From assembly GCF_009914755.1 (NCBI RefSeq), contig NC_060944.1: a stretch of 64,000 bases of DNA. One strand, 5' to 3'. Shown here piece after piece: positions 55,670-64,000 of this stretch. The notes beneath the pieces are model-generated. The model saw only the letters and a list, made by a program, of their open reading frames with translations, searched no databases and was not told the DNA's origin. The stretch is from the human T2T-CHM13v2.0 reference genome, Homo sapiens. Made by a program: the position numbers and the translations under genes. The first letter of the stretch is position 1; the number at the start of each line of letters is the position of its first letter.

Positions 55670-55890
55670 TAGAGCTGGCATTGTGCAAAGACAAGGACTT
55701 TGGGGTCAAGACGGGATTTGAATCTTTTTCTGCTCTCAATAGTGTGATGTTGGGCAAATATTTTCATCTGTAAAATAAGAATATTAATATCTACATTTCT
55801 AGGATTATTGTGAAGAGTAGAAATATTGTTTATTAATGACCTAGTTCAGAGCCTGTGTCTTTGTGTGCACGCTAATTGGTGGCTACATTT
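55670..55890 (+). mobile_element. MIR SINE
   Basis: GGACTTTGGGGTCAAGAC..GATTTGAATC..TTGGGCAA..CATCTGTAAAAT..GGATTATTGTGA. Confidence 0.6.
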
Positions 55891-56718
55891 TAGTAGTTCT
55901 TATTTATATTATGTTTCTGAGTTTAAATAAAATTATTTCAAAATATATGATATAATCATAGATAAATAACAAATATGAGTAGAAACATGTAATTTTGTAT
56001 AAGTTAAAGGCAATTGAAGAGGAGAGCAATCATTCATTCCTAATAAGAAAATAAACTAGCAATATTAAAGTGTGTCATGAGATACACTTATCACAAGAGG
56101 CCATGAACTAACAGGAAAAGAGATCCAGATTACAGGCTTATGCCACATGTATTACCCCAGATCACCCATGTTACGTAGTTTTAGTAACCATAATCTTATG
56201 TTAATATTGGTTCATATTTTCACAATATTTGACTTAGAGTCTCAGCATTTTTCTAATATGTGAGTGGCTGGAATTAAGAACTTTACTGCCTCTGTGAAAT
56301 TGGAAGAATTTTCATATTGATTTAACGTGTAGGGAGTAGTGGCACTTGATGGGGATTATTATGGGACTTAGTAATAGATGGAATATTAGATTGATTTCAG
56401 CCACTTTACTCACATGGGTAAATAGTGAATTTTAAATTTGCCTATGAATAGTATTTCATTGATTCTAAGACTAATATTTTCATTTTATAATATCTCTGAA
56501 ATTACGATGTATCTCAGGTAAAATTGGAAAATACAATTTAGTCGTTCATCAAATAAAGGTGCAATGTTGTCTTAGATTTTTTGAAATGTAATAATGTATA
56601 TATTACCATCTACCAAAGATGGTGTATACTACCAACTCTGTGAAACAGATGTGAGTTTGAACAGAAGCAATAAAAATCAACATGAGATTAGAAAACTATC
56701 ACTAGCTGAGGGGTATAG

Positions 56719-57087
<369 letters not shown>

Positions 57088-57388
57088 TGAGACAGAGTCT
57101 TGCTCTGTCACCCAGGCTGGAGTACAGTGACACGATCTTGGCTCACTGCAACCTCTGCTTCCTGGACTCAGTCAGTTCTCCCGCCTCAGCCTCCCAAGTA
57201 GCTAGGATTACAGGTGTGCGCCACCATGCCTGGCTAATTTTTGTATTTTTAGTAGAGAAGGGGTTTTGCTATGTTGGCCAGGCTGGTCTTGAACTCCTGA
57301 CCTCAGGTAATCCACCTGCCTCAGCCTTCCAAAGTGCTGGGATTACAGGTATAAGTCACCGTGCCCAGCCAGGGAAGTGTTTTTTTGA

Positions 57389-57610
<222 letters not shown>

Positions 57611-57770
57611 TGATCCACCCACCTCGGCCTCCCAGATTGCTGGGATTACAGGCGTGAGCCACCATGCCTGACCCAGGGAAGTGTTTTTAAATGAAGAGTA
57701 CATCTAATATATTGAAATAAAATGATTATTGTACAGTTATTTTAAGCGGTCTTGTTTCCTTTTTTCATAG

Positions 57771-57905
<135 letters not shown>

Positions 57906-58223
57906 TAAGTTTCTTTTTCCATGTAATTTATTAAAATATAGTTATATGCATTCCGTGTAGTATTGATAACTTATCCAAACTGTAGGCACATAATTGGTTT
58001 ATTGTATTTAAATGATCTATATATCAAACCTGTCTTTTTATTCAATATGATAAATTTTACAAAAATACACCCAAGATCTTCGGCAATAATATGACCTTAG
58101 AACAGAATCTTATTTCTTCTTATTTTGATGTTATAGCTTAATATTAATTATTTAAGAACATGGGCCTTTCGTTAAAAACTTATAAATTATGATTGAATTG
58201 GTGGATATAACAAATAGTGCTAA

Positions 58224-58379
<156 letters not shown>

Positions 58380-58686
58380 TGAGAGTGCTCCTTTTCACAT
58401 TTCACTTTTTGTTTGACTACAGCACATTGATAATTGCTTACTAATACTAATGGAGAGTATCTCCAAAAATAGTATTTGTCTCTGTACTAATCAATATCCT
58501 ATGTAGGCAGTCATTTTTCATTTCTAAAAAGTTTTTTTTTAAGTGTTTTTAAAAGAGTTTTAAGGATAAAAGTCATGCAGGATCACTCTTTTAAACATCA
58601 ACTCTGTAATCACTATGCTGTATAACATGTCATTAAAAAGAATCTCAAATATATATGCAGATATTTTCATGGGGAATATTGTAAGG

Positions 58687-61326
<2,640 letters not shown>

Positions 61327-61869
61327 TAAGGTTGGGTAAAATTTATAACTAAAATGATGTTTTATAGTATATCCTTTCTGATTATTTCCATTGGTTCATG
61401 CTACTAGTCTCAAGAGCTAATAGTTCATTCATACCTTCTCAATAGCAATTCTTTCCAGCCAGGGTTAAATTTTGCATATTTACTTCTTAAGTTCCAGGTT
61501 CTGCATTTCTTGCCTGGTTTTTCCCTCCATAATTGAAAGTATACTATTTAACACAGTGAGCTGTCATTATTTCTTGGACAACAATCTATCCTTTTAAAAG
61601 TTTATTTTGAAATCTGCTTTTAAAATGTAGTCAATTCGTTTTTGTCAATTCTCCAGTTTTTTTGTTATGATATGTCTAGATTTTCTTATGACATATATAG
61701 CATTCCAGAGAGGTAATGTTTCGAGATTCCAAGAGATGTACTACGTTTCTCAATAGTTTTGTTGCTGGTAAGATAACATTTTAAGATAATGGGCAGCTAA
61801 AAAGGTTTTTAGTATCTACTTCAATAATGGCTTGCTTAAAATTTCAGAGTTTGGGGGGTTTTTAGTATT

Positions 61870-62790
61870 ATTTTAAGAAGTATAATTTCCTTAGAATAAA
61901 ATGCACTGATCTTAAGTGTAGAAGTTGAAATTTGACAAATATATGTATCAGCCCAAATGTGAGCATTTTATGGAGAGAAGTTGTGCTAGATCACTCATTT
62001 AATTACCAATTCTGTAAACACTGTTCCATATAGCATCATGTCCATGTAAATATGACCCAAATTGTGGAACTTTTTTTTCTATTCTGGACCCCATAAGGGG
62101 CCAATGCACACCTCCCTTCTCCCAGCCCCAGAGGTAGGTAACCATTTCTGTTTAGTTCTATTTCTATAACTGTTTCTGATCTTAAACTTCCTAAAATGAA
62201 ATCATAGAGTATGTACTCTTATATCTAGCTTTTAGTGTCTGATTTTTTCTTTTATTTGGTGTTTGTGAGATTCAGCCATATTGTTTATATCAGTATTTTA
62301 TTCCTTTTTATTGCTGAGAAATATTCCATGCTGTGTATATCTCAAAATTTGTTTATCCATTCTCTTGGTGATAAATGTTTTGGTTGTTTCTCAGTCTGGG
62401 GCTTTTATGAGTAAAGCTGCTATAAACATTCTTGTGATATCTTTTTGTGGACATATTTTTCTTGAGTAAATACCTAGGAGTGAAATCGCTGGGAAGGTGT
62501 TTGACTTTATTAGAAACTGCCAGTTTCCCAAAGTGTTTTTGCCATTTTGCAGTCCTACTAGTAGTATTTGAGAGTTGCTTCACGTTCTTGCCAATTCAGC
62601 ATTGTCAGTAATATCTCGTGGTTTTAATTTCCATTTCTTCCTTGACTAATGGTGTCAAGTACGTTTTTCTATGCATATTGATCATTTGTAGCTCTTCTTT
62701 TGTGATGTGTGTATCCAAATCTTTTATCCATTCTAAAATTGGGTTGTCTTTTTATTTGTGATTGTTGGAGTTCTTAAATATTTCAGATCA
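61870..62790 (-). mobile_element. Old L1 3' fragment, antisense
   Basis: GCTGCTATAAACATTCTTG...GAGTAAATACCTAGGAGTGAAATCGCTGG motifs. Confidence 0.7.
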
Positions 62791-64000
62791 TTGATTTTAG
62801 AAACTCTTCTCTTTCCCTTCTTCCCTCCCTCTTCTTACCTTTTCTTACGATACGTCTAGATTTCGTTCTTCTTTGACGGAGTCTTGCTCTGTTGCCGAGG
62901 CTGAAATACAGTGGCACGATCAGAGCTCACTGCAGTCTTAAACTCCTGGGATCAAAGGATCCCCCTGCCTCATCCTTCTGAGTAGCTGGGACTGTAGGCA
63001 CAAGCCACTGTGCCCAGCAAATTTTTTGGTTGTTTTTATTTTTGTAGAGATGTGGTCTTGCTATTTTGCACAGGCTGGTCTCAGACTCCTTGCCTTAAGC
63101 TATCCTCCCACATTCTGTTTTCTAATATAAGGATTTAAAGCTGCATATTTCCAACTAAGTATTTCTTTAGCTATATCCCACAATTTTTTGTTGTTTTTTT
63201 TGAGATAGAGTCTCACTCTGAGGTTGCCCAGGTTGGAGCGTAGTGGTAGAGTCATGGTTCACTGTAGCCTCAACCTCCTGAGCTCCAGATAGCCTCCCAC
63301 CTCAGCCTTCCAGGTAGCTGGAACCACAGGCATGTACTACCATGCCTGGCTTACTTATTTATTTATTTATTGTAGGAGATGGGTCTTACTATGTTACCCA
63401 GGCTGGTCTCCAAACTCCTGGATCCAAACGATACTCCCACCTTGGTCTCCCAAAGTGCTGGAATTATAGGCATGAGCCGCCGCATCCAGTCCACACCTTT
63501 TTTTTTTTTTCCCCCGAGACAGAGTCTTGCTCTGTCGCCCAGGCTGGAGTGCAGCGGTACAATCTTGGCTCACTGCAACTTCCATCTCCTGGGTTCAAGT
63601 GATTCTTCTGCCTCAGCCTCCCGAGCAGCTGGGATTATAGGCACCCGCCACCACGCCTGGCTAATTTTTGTATTTTTAGTAGAGACGGGGTTTTGCCATG
63701 TTGGCCGGGCTTGTCTTGAACTCTTGACCTCAGGTGATCCGCCTGCCTCAGCGTCCCAAAGTGCCTGGATTACAGGCATGAGCCACCACGCCCAGCCACA
63801 AATTTTGGAATGTTGTGTTTTTCACTATTTTATTTATTTTATTTATTTATTTATTTATTATGTTTTATTTTTATTATTAATATTTTTGAGACAGGGTCTC
63901 ACTTTGTCACCCAGGCTGGAGTGCAGTGGTGAAATCTTGCCTCACGGCAGCGTCCAATTCCAGAAGTTCAAGCGATCCTCTAGCCTCAGCCACCAAGCAG

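Overview
Human (primate) genomic DNA from inside the ITCH gene (Itchy E3 ubiquitin ligase, NEDD4 family, chr20q11), transcribed on the + strand. Fourteen consecutive coding exons (1648-58378; 1618 nt) splice in frame with GT-AG boundaries. They encode the post-C2 linker, the proline-rich region, WW1-WW4 and the N-terminal part of the HECT domain; both ends of the gene lie outside the window. The introns contain roughly 60 Alus, old L1/L2/MIR/MER fragments, a sense-oriented HERV-K LTR5 solo LTR, a complete THE1 element, MIR644A, and an FDX1 processed pseudogene split by a full-length SVA. Almost all ORFs in the supplied track are Alu, SVA, L1 or LTR artefacts. Best candidate novelties: (1) a tandemly duplicated (UG)n-flanked 42-nt cryptic exon with an in-frame stop, resembling TDP-43-repressed poison exons; (2) a multi-template-switch rearrangement inside an Alu that creates interlocking inverted repeats in the intron after the circITCH back-splice exon; (3) a perfect CAG|GTAAGT donor 61 nt downstream of the weak donor of the proline-rich exon; (4) a nested SVA-in-retrocopy with a preserved CpG island; (5) a telomeric-repeat repair scar. 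Gene and repeat names come from recognising the sequences, not from a database search.
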